This document shows positions 28,210-41,597 of a DNA stretch of 64,000 nt, in pieces; position 1 is the stretch's first letter; the number at the start of each line of letters is the position of its first letter. A program made the translations under genes and the position numbers. This DNA is from Eledone cirrhosa (taxonomy: Eukaryota): the NCBI GenBank assembly GCA_964016885.1, contig OZ024742.1, positions 350,982,001-351,046,000 of the forward strand, written 5' to 3'. The notes below the pieces were generated by a model. That model had not been told where the DNA came from and searched no databases. It saw only the letters and a list, made by a program, of their open reading frames with translations.

Positions 28210-28393
28210 GTTTGGCAGTATCGGTAGAGAGTCGGACGCCATGATTTGACGCATAGAGTTGCGGCCCTTTCCATTCTGAGTTCAAATCCCGCCGAGGTTA
28301 ACTTTGCCTTTCATCCTTACGGGGTCGATAAAATAAAGTACCAGTAATGCAGTAGGATAATTGCTGGCCTTGTGCCAAAAGTAGAAACAATTA
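28210..28393 (+). mobile_element. Deu/Nin-like SINE
   Basis: A box, B box GAGTTCAAATCCC and core. Confidence 0.88.
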
Positions 28394-28439
28394 TACATAT
28401 AAATATTTCTACAAAGAACAAACCCGTACCATGCAAGAA

Positions 28440-28611
28440 CACATACCTAAAGCTCCTGATACAGAATTGCCAGGGAACGTTTCCACGAACCAAAGTATCG
28501 TCTCCCTGTTTTCCTTCGGTTGCAACATTTTCGAAATATTTACTTCTGCGTTCACAGATTGATTTTTTTAGTTTCACAAGTTCCCGCTTATACTTTAATC
28601 TGTTATTTTAA
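28440..28611 (+). mobile_element. 3'-terminal fragment of the 52325-55055 PLE family
   Basis: Reverse complement of ~18135-18310 with a deletion. Confidence 0.8.
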
Positions 28612-28644
28612 TATATATAGATATATAGATATATATATATATAC

Positions 28645-28794
<150 letters not shown>

Positions 28795-28816
28795 GTATGT
28801 ATGTGTTTACATGTAC

Positions 28817-28848
<32 letters not shown>

Positions 28849-28903
28849 ATATATGTGTGTGTGTATGCTGTATGTGTCTTAAACACAGACATATATATAT
28901 ATA

Positions 28904-29971
28904 TAGCAACCTAACATATACCTCAGGCACTGATGGTGATTATCGCTAAATACTGATATTGGTTAGATTATCAATATTAGTGTTATTGGGCACCCACTGA
29001 TGAATTATAGGAGCCCACTTGAATATTATCTGTTGATCCTAAACAAGCTCCTACATAAATTGGTATCATTTCACCCAGATTGTAGGAATCTTATAATAAA
29101 ACGAGACGTCCGTCTGGGAAGAGATATATTCGATATGTCTCATATGAAATAATACAGCCAATTTTCCACAAAATACATTTAGTTAGCACCCCGAACGTTT
29201 AATTAGGAATATACTCACTTATTTCCTAATGTTTGTTGAGTGAGTTGGAATTTGGCCGGAGTATCGCTAAAAGCTTTCTCCGATAATGTATTTACTTATT
29301 TACTCTTGGTCCAACAGATATGAAATTCCCGATATAAGGTTTGACTCTCTTTGTTTATGTTTTTAGATATGAATATTGATTGTTTCTAGTATCTCATTCT
29401 GTTATTTTACCCGAGAAAATATCTGTGTCATCAAACGTTGTACACACATAGATAATTTTTCAAGTTCCAATTGAGTTCTTGCACCTGGCTTGAATTCCTT
29501 TTAGAATTCATTGTCCTGCGCATGTATTGTTTTTTTGGCGGTAATATACTTCCTCATTTTTGAATCAGTTTGAGTATTTCTTTAGAACTGCTCGAGTAGC
29601 AACCTAACAGATACCGCAGGCATTGATGGTGATTAACCCTAAATACTGATATTGGTTAGATTATCAATATTAGTGTTATTGGGCACCCACTGAAGAATTA
29701 TAAGAGCCCACTTGAATATATATCTGTTGATCCTAAACAAGCTCCTACATAAATTGGTATAATTTCACCCAGATTGTAGGAATCTTATAATGAGACGAGA
29801 CGTCCGTCTGAGAAGATATGTCTCATATGAAATAATACAGCTAATTTTCCACACAATACATTTAGTTAGCACACCGAACGTTTAATTAGGAATATACTCA
29901 CTTATTTCCTAATGTTTGTTGAGTGAGTTGAAATTTGGCCGGAGTATCGCTAAACGCTTTCTCCGATAATG

Positions 29972-29980
<9 letters not shown>
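28904..29980 (+). mobile_element. ORF-less partial tandem (family L; ~693-bp unit) with two decayed HHRs
   Basis: 28904-29297 is repeated at 29598-29980. HHR reads CCCA-CUGAUGA-[long stem II]-(AAAA or GAGA)-CGAGACGUCCG-UC-UGGG at 28993-29118 and ~29686-29812. Flanked by (TA)n. Confidence 0.8.
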
Positions 29981-30029
<49 letters not shown>

Positions 30030-30435
30030 AACGCAATCAATCTCTTTCCTCGAGCACACATATCCCTCATGCTCTAGATCAATCTGTCAATCTATCTATC
30101 AGTATATCAATCTCGGGTTTCTTTCACACAAGACATAATGATAGATTTATTATATGTTATTTCTGTCATATTGTTAATCTAAACCGTGAAATAGAAGTAT
30201 GAAATCCCCGAGCAGAATACACAACCTAGTTTCAATTAAGAGGTTCATATGTTACACTTATTCTACGTAGTCATTTTCCCGGTAAGAATCGTAGTAGGAA
30301 ACACTTATTCAAATTCGCCAGGTCAAATATTTTTTGATAGATTAATGGAAAGCGTAGATTACGAAACGAATCCCTCGGCCGATCATACTTGTTAGAGCAA
30401 ACTAACACATTAGATAGTCACATGAATCTCTCCCT

Positions 30436-30512
<77 letters not shown>

Positions 30513-30675
30513 GTCTCTCCCTGTCTCTCTATTTATCTCTCCCTCTCTCTCTCTGTATATATATATGTATATATATATATATCTGTGTGTGTATGTGTTT
30601 ATATATGAATATCTCTTTACACACACACACACGTACACACATACACACATACTCACACACATGTACACACGCGTT

Positions 30676-30743
<68 letters not shown>

Positions 30744-31299
30744 TTGGCAGTTGTTATAATGACATCTATGAGAGCTCCATACTGTAGCTAGGTGTAAGCA
30801 TATCAAGCCCGTTCTCAGCAAATATATCAAAATTATCACAGAGAGAAAATTACGAATACCTACCCTTAAGGCAATGTGGAATAAATCATTAACAAGTTAG
30901 CTATCTGATTCACTAAGATTAGAGATAATTGCAAATGGTGTTCAGCCCGACGAAATCACCAATTTTTGCCCCTCGATCTATCAAATCTTCCTCCCCCGCC
31001 ATGTGAGAACATTGTATTATATAGAAATGTATATAGACCACGGTGATATAAAGATTTATCTTTGTAGGTCACCATTTTCATCAGGTTTAGCGTAAGTGGC
31101 GTAGAGCAATGATCAGTTTAAGGGCGGTACGGGACCTCCATTGCGCGGAAATTTGCATGTTCATTATACAAAAGACGAGATTGAATATAGAAGTAGAGCG
31201 GGATATATAATTCAGTAAAATTGGACAAAATTTAGAAGAATTAGGAACATCTGTAAAATCTAATACTTTTCATATTTGCTGATAACGGCCTCAATATGA

Positions 31300-31933
31300 C
31301 TAGCAGAAAAATCACCCTCCGGGTTGATTTCTGCTAGCATGTGTAGTGTGTATATTGATATTATACGCAGGTATATATATATACATGTAGATATGATACA
31401 TCAAATAACATAATAATTGACAATACATAATACACAGAAATTGAATGAAGACTGCGTTTCACTGTCCTATTTAATCAGTAACGTAATCCATGATACATTA
31501 AAAAAAGACGATATTATATATAAACTGCATTAGGAGAAAATTTATATGTTTATTTAAGCGATCGCCACCAGAAGTGTTGACATTTCAGAAATTTTAAAGA
31601 AGTTAATCTTTAAATAAACAAAATATATTTAATGAACAGCTATGAAATTTAGTAGTTAAATTATGTAATATTCATTCATTATTTATGCCATGCTTTGACG
31701 TATAGAGTTACGACCTTTGCCATTCTGAGTTCAAATCCCGCCGAGGTTAACTTTGCCTTTCATCCTTACAGGGTCGATAAAATAAAGTACCAGTAATGCA
31801 CTGGGTTATTTGCTGGCCTTTTGCCAAAGTAGAAACAATTATTTATTCAAAGTAATCCAACTTATTTTACAAACTTGATAAAAAAGAATAAACCGTACGT
31901 AGTCCCGCAGACCTTCCTTTATCATAGTTTAGA
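31300..31933 (-). mobile_element. Non-autonomous Helitron interrupted by a SINE (~31686-31845)
   Basis: Minus strand A|TCTAAACTAT ... hairpin ... CTAG|T. Homology with 61908-62371 stops at these ends. The SINE is flanked by an ATTATTTA duplication. Confidence 0.75.
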
Positions 31934-32064
31934 TTACACCTAGCTACAGAAATATAGTTCTCGTAGATGTCATTACATTAGCTGTCTATATATATATATG
32001 TGTGTGTGTGTGTATATGTGTCTGTGTGTGTGTGAGTGTGTGTGCGTGTGCGTGTGTGTGTGAC

Positions 32065-32303
32065 AGCTCACACCTATGCAGGTTTAGCTGGCCTCCTCCA
32101 AGGTATATCTCGCTGGAGGTGTCTTGGGTAATTTAATGATAGGGACCCCAGTTCTATCATCTCATTTCTACAGCTGAGTAAACTGGAGCAACGTGAATAA
32201 AGTGTCTTGCCCAAGGAAACAACACATCACCCGATCCTAGAATTGAACTCGCAACATTTCGATTGCAAGACCAATGCTCTAATCACTAAGTCATGCGCCT
32301 TCA
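32065..32303 (-). mobile_element. tRNA-derived SINE, second family
   Basis: Minus strand TGAAGGCGCATGACTTAGTG..GAGTTCAATTC..CCTTGGGCAAGACACTTTATT. Homologous to 59123-59250. Confidence 0.8.
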
Positions 32304-32477
32304 TATACATACAAATATATATGTGTGTGAATGCGTATGTGTGTGAATGCGTGTGTACATGTCTGTGTGTACATTTAGAAGAATTTGGCATATCTGTAAA
32401 ATCTATTATTTATTATTGTTTGGTTGTTTCACCAATTATAAAGTCATCCGTCACACACTCCATCGGTGTAGCTCTGT

Positions 32478-32898
32478 ATTTAAATGTGTATATTTGTGTG
32501 TGTGTGTGTGTATGTTTGTGTGTGTGTATCTTTGTGTGTCTGTATGTTTGTATGTGTGTATATGTGTCTGTTTGGATGTTTATGTGTGTGTATATTTGTG
32601 TGTGTGTATATTTGTGTGTTTGTATGTTTGTGTGTGTATGTTTGTGTGCCTCTATGTTTGTGTATGTGTATGTTTGTGTGCCTCTATGTTTGTGTGTCTG
32701 TATGTTTGGGTGACTCTATTTTTGTGTGTCTGAATGTTTGTGTGTGTGTATATTTGTGTGTGTGTATGATTGTGTGTGTGTATATTTGTGTGTTTATATA
32801 TTTGTGTGTTTGTGTTCCCCTCTGTTTGTGTGTTTGTGTTCCCCTCTGTTTGTGTGTGTGTATGTTTGTGTGCCCTATATTTGTGTACATGTGTGTCT
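32478..32898. repeat. Degenerate (TG)n-rich repeat
   Basis: Seen directly. Confidence 0.9.
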
Positions 32899-33246
32899 GT
32901 ATTATAAAAGTTACTTTAAGATGAATTTTCTCATATTTTCTCATTTATTCTCAAGTGTTGCATATATCCAAACAACACATTCATTCCATGTAGTTCATAT
33001 ATACTAATTCAATACATTCTTTCAATATACATACTTTAATTTGTTAGTGGCACGTAATATTATTTCGGTGTTTTGAAATGAATCGGGAATATATTCTCCC
33101 ACAATAGATATACATATGTTTTTCCATAGAAATCATATAGAATCTATCAGAGAAAGGATATTTTCAGCGCCTGAAATCATAATATTTGTTGCCTCAAAGT
33201 TAAACTCAGGCAATCTTCATATAAAAAATCTGTAGTCCTATAGCAT

Positions 33247-33284
<38 letters not shown>

Positions 33285-33329
33285 ACACACACATGCACAC
33301 ACATACACACATACACACAGGCACAGACA

Positions 33330-33364
<35 letters not shown>

Positions 33365-33571
33365 TTTGGAATGTTTCAATGAAATGTTCTTAGATCAGAA
33401 TTCATTATTTGAAATTGTTTCAAAATAACTAGAAATTTCGTACGCTTTTTTTCCCCATAATGTTTAACGTCAACAGACAAGAAGAAGCTTTGTGAATATA
33501 CGTGGTTTTCCAAACATTTACCTGCGCATTGCTGTCACTTTTGTGATGCGTGTATGATGCAATGCGATATA

Positions 33572-33990
33572 TTACATGCACATTTGAACGGTCGAGTAGC
33601 TGTTTTAGTACCCAGTCATAATGCTATAAGAGCTGTGTAAGGTGGCTCCTTCGCCGGCGAATTCATGCTAGATGTCGGTTTGTAGGCTATTTCCAAGCCG
33701 GCATATGATCATTCTCCTTCTGAAGATTTATTCAAAGACACGTCTGTAGCTGTCAGCAGCAGTTCTGTTTATCCATATACGGATAAGACATATTATGCCT
33801 CCGTTTAGATTTCCAGGTAGTTAACACTTGCAATTATACGTAGGAACAGGATCTGCAATACCTTTACTAATATTCGTTTGCTTTATTTTAGTATTGCTGT
33901 GAATCCATCAGAGGCCGAATTGTGTCACATTTCAGTTAATGCCGATATAACATCTTCCAAATTTATACGTATGTAGTTCATGGCTCCCAT
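33572..33990 (-). pseudogene. Decayed CR1/Jockey-group LINE reverse transcriptase fragment
   Basis: Hand translation across stops and frameshifts: IRINLEDVISALTEM*HNSASDGFTAILK...LQILF; PGNLNGGIICLI...SYRRV; RSHLTQLL*HYDWVLKQLLDRSNVHVI. Confidence 0.7.
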
Positions 33991-35617
33991 ATCTCCTTGC
34001 GGGGCTGAAGTGTCAAATATTTCATCTGGTTTATTTAATTTCATCTGACACATTGCGGCGTGGAAATACATTTATATTGCAGCATCAAACAAGAGACTAC
34101 TCAGTACCACCTGATAGTGCTACTGCTGTAACACTCCTGCACATTATTGGACTTGGCAGAGTTTAATGTGGCGGAACCACATCTAGCCACTCTTTGTAAC
34201 TGACACTCTTGTGGATACGGCAAGAAAAAGAAGCACCTCACTTATCCCAATGCGATTACTGAGCAATGTTTGTGGAAACGTGACCCTATTTTGTAATGTA
34301 CCTAGACAGTCCCTTTTGTTTACGTCTTCCCCGGAAAGAAGGCAAACATACAGAAGAAGAATTTATTTCCTTATATGATGGAGAAGGAAAATCTCACACC
34401 GACTAAGGAAACAAAGAAAGAACAAGAAAAATATATCCCCATCGAAACCGAACTTAGACACTCAGAGGAAAATGAGAGGATAGAAAGAGAAGCCTGCGCT
34501 ATAGAAGATATTTAAATGAAACGAACACTAACTTTCACACACATACATACTCACACACAGGGGCACATACACACACTCACACACACACGCATATATATCT
34601 CCTTCTTATACACATATATATCTCCTTCTTTGCCTATGTTATCAGTAAGTTAGTGGCTATATCGACCGTGCCTATTGTTCGATATTCAATGCCTATAGGC
34701 GACGGATACAATGAATATTATTTGAAAAAAATTGTCTTTTACGAAATGAATTATCGGCATTCTGCTCTAGTTTATTGATTTAATAGACCATTATTTGCTG
34801 AATTTTGCTCCCAAATTCCTTCACATTTTATTCGAACATAAGAATTTATCAATTTTCTTTTTTTTTTGCTTTTTATATTTTTTTCAATAACCTGCTCTTT
34901 ACTTTTAACTCTTTCTCACTATTTAAAAAATATCTGAATAGCAGCCAACAGAGAATTCGGAAGAAGCCCATCTCAATACACGACCAGACGTATTGATCAG
35001 TGCTGAAAGTGAAAGAGAACAAAATAATCAATAAATGATATCTTGAACGAAGCAATGTTGATTACTTAATTATCCATCAGCTTTATGTCCTGTAATCAAT
35101 TTATTTGTCTGTCATTGAAGTAGTTCTAATATATTCTGTAATTTTCTTTAAGCCTTTACTATCTCCCGTTCCTCATCTGCTTTCAGCTTCAATAAAGATA
35201 GGAACAGAAATAAAATTAAAACACTAACTACTTTATTAGATTCGATCTCACAAATGTAAAACATGTAAAGCACAGCATCGTATTTGTAGAAAATCCATTT
35301 CAGCTATTTTCATCGTTTCTAATCGTAATGTCTTGAACTACGCAATCTTAACTTTCAAACACTTTGCTGAAGAACACAGTACTGTATCGCCATGAGATTT
35401 AAAGTTAATAATACGACATACTCTCAATTAACTAGTGTAACTGCCTCGGAAAAAGACTGAATGTTTTATGTATTCGAACATTTATTAATATATTCTATGA
35501 AATGCAAGTAGCAGCGTATATTCAAGGATATGATCCAAAGAAAGTAAGAACAGCACGGAATCAAAGTTAAATTCTCTCTTTGATGAATTATTCTTTGTTT
35601 ATGCGGCTTGAGTGCAT

Positions 35618-35679
35618 TGTATCTACTCACTTTTATTTAAGTATATATATATATACTTAAATAAAAGTGAGTAGATACA
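35618..35679. repeat. 62-bp perfect palindrome centred on a short (TA)n
   Basis: TGTATCTACTCACTTTTATTTAAG-(TA)7-CTTAAATAAAAGTGAGTAGATACA. Confidence 0.9.
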
Positions 35680-36479
35680 TATATATATATGTCCTGCACT
35701 TCGCAATGCTGCTGGCTAGTAACGAAATGTATTAAGAATGAATACAAACGAGTTGTAGATCCTGTGCAGAATATTTCAATAATATTTATGACATCCATTA
35801 TATTTTAAGAGACGATAGGAGGTATGCAGTAAGGTTTTGTTTGATCTTTATAACATTGCCATGATGCGATAGGTAGAAAATATATGATGATGAATGGACA
35901 CATTCAATTTGTTTTTATTTTCGTTAAACCCTAAACAGAATAATCTTGTTCCTACGTGCAAGTCGACCGAAAGTGATCTTTAAGACAATCAAAGTATTTA
36001 GGTAGTTGAGATACACTATAACTGTTCATCTAAGTATATAGTAAAATATGTAGCTGAATATTTCAATATTTTTAACAGAGACATATATAGATTGATAATC
36101 ATTTATCATTGTTATAGAATGATTTCATATATAACCTTTTACACTCTTGTGTAGTTAATGAAATATAATTGAAATTAGAAATGGTAAAATATGGTTAAAA
36201 AATGAGTAATTGATTATATATTACCAAATACTAATTTAGTTAAAATATCGGGGCCAGTAGTCACTCTACAAGTTTGGTTACAATATTGTGGCTAAAATTA
36301 CAATTCCTACTGATTTTCCAGAATGATTCCTCTCTATCTCAGGGAAAATATTTGATCATGCTGCAAGCTTGATGAGTCAAGCTTGACGCATCAGTGCAAG
36401 TGAGAAAATATACTTCAGTATTATTAATGTTATATTCTTAAGGATTTCGATATTTGGTATTGGACCACATAATATATAT

Positions 36480-36790
36480 CGCAAATATCGGTCGCTCTCT
36501 GAAAGGTTTGCGGTCGAACCCCTAGCAGTAGAGATTTCAGGTCTCCTTGGTCATATGACCACCTCCCTTTCAGCATCATCGGCACGGAATTGGTCACCCG
36601 TACCAGTGAAAATTTCTGGCGTCCTTAGCCCTAGGACGACCTTCCTACTCACCACCATCGGCACGGATTTTGTTATCCGCAAGTGTGAGCTTTGCGAGAT
36701 GGAATGGCTCTTCAAAAATATCTCCCCCAAGTCCTCTGGGGAAACGCCTCCTATAATCTGTAGGCTGGGCCAGCGGGGAAATCAGCGCGG
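36480..36790 (+). pseudogene. Second CRE-like endonuclease-region fragment with the same ~79-bp segment duplicated
   Basis: KYRSLSERFAVEPLAVEISGLLG followed by PVPVKISGVLSPRTTFLLTTIG. Homologous to the reverse complement of 26650-27235. Confidence 0.65.
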
Positions 36791-37320
36791 GGTTCCCTCC
36801 CCATTTGCTTATAATAGTGACAGATGGAGAGAGCAGGTGAGACGGAGGGAGTGGCACTTTATTTCCATTGTGCTCGGACCTGGTGTAAGTGTCTGTATTT
36901 ATTTACCACACCACGTTATCAATTAAAGGTGTATATATTGCAGAATAAACTTATGTATATCTATCATGTGAGACATTATGATTTATCCAGAGTGTCTGAA
37001 ATAAATGACAGGCAGATGTGCTGTTGTGTAGTTCGATTTCACGTTCAATTCTAGCAATTGAGTTTATCAGAGTATCAGATTATCAAATCGATATAAAAGT
37101 ATACATTGGGGAATAATTTGTAGCAGAACTGTTGAATAGCTTGGAAAATCAATTTACAATTTATAGAAATACTTCGAAACCACAATCTCTTTGTATTCAT
37201 ACAAATATATCATATATATACATAAATGCATACATACATATATATACATATACAAAAATATGCAGTCGTTTATATAGATAAATATGTACACACACATACA
37301 TAGATATGCACACGCACACA

Positions 37321-37423
<103 letters not shown>

Positions 37424-38605
37424 CGGATCTATCTGTCGATACAGCCGGAGCTCAGCCGTCGGAGCCCTGACTCTTTTTCTATTATCCACTCTACTACCCT
37501 AATTATCGAGTACTCTGGTGCGCTATGGTCCACCTGCTATCTTACCACACTTTCTTTGTTATATATATATATATGTGTGTGTGTGTGTCTGTCTAAAAGG
37601 TAATATGAAAGGGATATATTAGGTTGACGCTTGATATAGCAGGAAGAGGGTCTTAACGTTTCGGACGCTATTACTTCCTCTACCACTTTTCCTCGAAAAT
37701 ACTCGGAACGGTTGTTACGCCCTTGTGCCCTCGGCGGGCTCGGAATCTGCCGTGCCACCGGTTATTGACCGCCAAACCGTACTTTTGAATTCTAGGCTTA
37801 ATCATAACTTTAAAATTTATCATGCCCCCTTCTACTAGCCCGTTAACTAAATTCCCCACCAGTTTGAATAACTAAGAATCGTTTGGTATACACGATGATC
37901 AGCCGACGGTGGCGGGCTTTCCGCTAGCATCCCCGGCGCTTCAGACAGTTAACATTTCTGGAGTAAATATCCCTTTCTTTCGATAGACGTAAATACACGA
38001 AACGGTTGACACGCTATTGGGCCTCGGGTGAGCTGGGAGTCCGCGACGTCGTTGGTTACTGACCGCCAAACAAGGGCTTAGTCTTGACTTTATATTCTAC
38101 CCTGAAACTGTATCGTGACTATCGACAATACACTTAACCTTTTCATAAACTCCTACTTCTGAAAATTCTTTAACTAAATCTCCCAACTTTAAACCTAAAT
38201 CTACTTAAACCTACTTTCTAATCTCATTTTAAATGACATCTTAAATTTTACATTTCTAATCATTAATCGTAATTTCTGACCCTACAATGTAAAATATACT
38301 GTACAGGCGTCCACTATATATATAGCTTTGTTAAAGATATATGTTTTTTGAAAAAAATATATTTCTTAGCACTTTTTAGCACTTTTGACCAACTTCAAAG
38401 TAACCTGAAACCACCGCTAGCCGCTGCGTGAAGGGTGGTGGTAGTAGTTCACTATAAGCTTACGCCCCTTCACCAGAAAGGCATAATAATAATTGGTAGT
38501 CGTCAATTGAAGGTGGCCGTCCTGACTAGAAACTGCTAAATGTGGGCCGCCTTCTTGTCTCTGCCTTTTCAGCTCCATCGATTACATGCCTTTGTTAAAT
38601 TTCGA

Positions 38606-38663
38606 ATACCTGATGATGTCACCGGATTCATATTGAACCCGGTCATTGAAATGTTCATAGTAT
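38606..38663 (+). ncRNA. Type I HHR (family J)
   Basis: AUAC-CUGAUGA-UGUC-ACCGG-A-UUCA(UAU)UGAA-C-CCGGU-CAUU-GAAA-UGUUCA-UA-GUAU. Confidence 0.82.
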
Positions 38664-38745
38664 AATAAACCTTTAAGGAATTACACCAGTCCAGCCTCCT
38701 GTTATATTCATATATACATACATACATATGCATACATATATATCC

Positions 38746-38776
<31 letters not shown>

Positions 38777-38959
38777 CATACATACATATACATATATATA
38801 CATACATACATATACATATATATACATACATACATATACATATATATATACATACATACATACATATACATATATATACATACATACATATACATATATA
38901 TATACATACATACATACATATACATATATATACATACATACATACATATACATATATAT

Positions 38960-39568
38960 GGTGGCTGCCAACTCGTTTTCGAGTACGGCCACTACTCTAT
39001 ATCCATGTAGGAGAACCCCCACCGATGCGCTGAACGAGTGTGACTTTTTAGTCCAGCCAGCGACTTGAAAACTCTGGTACAAAGACTACACTTGTGACAA
39101 TTATTGACACATAGTGTTGGGCCCATGGTACCATGTGACGACAAGTGCAGAGAGATCTCCAGATATAAAGCAATGCCTGTGCCGTGAAGCTTTTATAGTG
39201 AGCAAAGGCACTGCACAAAGCCAGTCCCACTCTCTTAACCAAGATGATATTTACCAAAAAGAAGAACAAGTCAACATCATTGGATACCATCAGGGTTGCA
39301 GGTGTTATATCAGAGTTTTCCTTCTCCTAGAATTCTGCCTTGACAAAGGCTAAGGGGTCATCTCTCCCGGTGATTTTGGATGGCCATTGACTCTTAAGAG
39401 CTCCTTTGCCCTTTGACAGGTTTTGTTTTTAGTCCTGCAGGATGTCCAAAGTCACCCTCCTCACCAAGAAACCTTGGTGGGGTTGCCAGTTTAGTCGCCA
39501 ACGACCCGACCATGAGACAGGTTGTACTGGGATACATGTTACCAGTAGCACCAACTGGTGACCTGACA
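38960..39568 (-). mobile_element. GC-richer insertion in microsatellite, resembling the 5' region of an RTE-type LINE or a derivative
   Basis: Sharp compositional boundaries at (TA/CA)n. GGAGAAGGAAAACTCTGATATAACACC is loosely echoed at ~13562-13610. Candidate HDV-like fold at the 5' end. Family assignment is from memory only. Confidence 0.45.
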
Positions 39569-39749
39569 TAATACATATATATACATAATACATATATATA
39601 CATAATACATATATATACATACATACATATATATACATACATACATATACATATATATACATACATACATATACATATATACATATATATATACATACAT
39701 ATATATATATATGTAAACATATATATATATGTAAACATATATATATATG

Positions 39750-39798
<49 letters not shown>

Positions 39799-39952
39799 GT
39801 AAACATATAGATATATATATGTAAACATATAGATATATGTAAACATATAGATATATATATGTAAACATATAGATATATATATGTATATATATATATATAT
39901 ATGTATACATATATATATATATATATATATAAACATATAGATATATATATGT

Positions 39953-40003
<51 letters not shown>

Positions 40004-40027
40004 CACACACACGCACACACACATATA

Positions 40028-40104
<77 letters not shown>

Positions 40105-41231
40105 GTGCGGGTGTGTGTATGTATATGGTGCATTGTCTGTAGTACCGTAGGCATACTGTGTGTGTCTAAATGAAACAATAGAATATAAGAAAATTCTTTG
40201 ATACAATTACCATTTCATTGGTTTATATTTTCATAACTGTTATGCTGAGAATGTGATCATTGTGTTTTTAGGAAAGCGTAAAATGCAACTGAGATACTGC
40301 CTGCAAAATTTGGAAGTAAAGGATATATATATCGTAAAAATCAGATACATTCAAACTTTCTATTGCCTCAAAAAGCCTACCTCATGTCATTCCATGTATA
40401 TGTGAATCATAATTTTTTTCAAATAAATGTTATCATTTAAGATATCTATAATGTTACCATTTACGAATCCTTGAAATACCTTTGAAATATCATCCTTAAA
40501 TACCAACAGGTTACTGATATTTTTATATAACAAATGACAATTGCTTAACAACTCTTGTAAATCATAAAAAAAACTAAACACAATGACTTTGAAGTCAGAG
40601 TTACCTTTCCTCAGTATAGCATAGAACGTGAAAAATACACACTCATCCATTAACGGGCGTTCTATTTCTTCCTTTGTTTTGTTTTTCTTGTGATGTTACA
40701 GTATTGTACATTTTCCCAATATTAAAAACAACCTCACAAACACAGAGAAAGCTATATATACATGTGCCGTAGGGATGATTAAGTAGTTTAACATTTTAAA
40801 GCGAACATCATTCAGTTATAATTTACCTCTCATAAAGCGATCAGAAAATGGTAGTTGCTGAACTAGAGTAAAGATATGTTAAATCACTTTCGTTGATAAT
40901 TTACTTTAAAAACTACGAATGTCACAATACTTCATCGTCAACAACGCTATTTATTTTATGGGAAATGAAATCAATAATAAGGTTTACTGTTATATGTTGT
41001 AAAGAACCGTGGATAAATTATAACAATATTTCAAATGTTACTTGTTGTATGAGCGTGTCAAAGAAATAAAATATTGGAGATCGTAACATATTCTTTGTTG
41101 GATAGATATTCTATTTTATTTCGTTATTTTAGTTTTATTCATTTGTTAAGACTATTTAAAAAGGAAAGGGTGAGATATACCAACCTTACGTAAATGAAGC
41201 ATCCTCCATGATTATCTATGTCCTGAACACG

Positions 41232-41337
<106 letters not shown>

Positions 41338-41424
41338 ATACATACATACATACATACATACATACAAACTGTGATCTCGCATGAAATGGAAAGACTAGAA
41401 ATGAATAAAGGTATTCAATAAACT

Positions 41425-41597
41425 GTTGGCACAAGGCCAGCAATTATCCCACTGTATTACTGGTACTTTATTTTATCGACCCCGTAAGGATGAAAGGCAA
41501 AGTTAACTTCGGCAGGATTTGAATTCAGATCATCAAGAGTCGTAACACTTTGCTGCAAAGCATGGCGTCCGAAACTCTACCGATACTGCCAATCCAC
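41425..41597 (-). mobile_element. Deu/Nin-like SINE
   Basis: Reverse complement of the 14532 family. Confidence 0.85.

Noticed and set aside
35152-35187. Small minus-strand exon candidates (LKADEEREIVKA here; also ~40605-40690, ~57690-57798 and plus-strand ~57999-58109)
   Set aside because: Weak splice sites or in-frame stops, and no recognisable protein motif.
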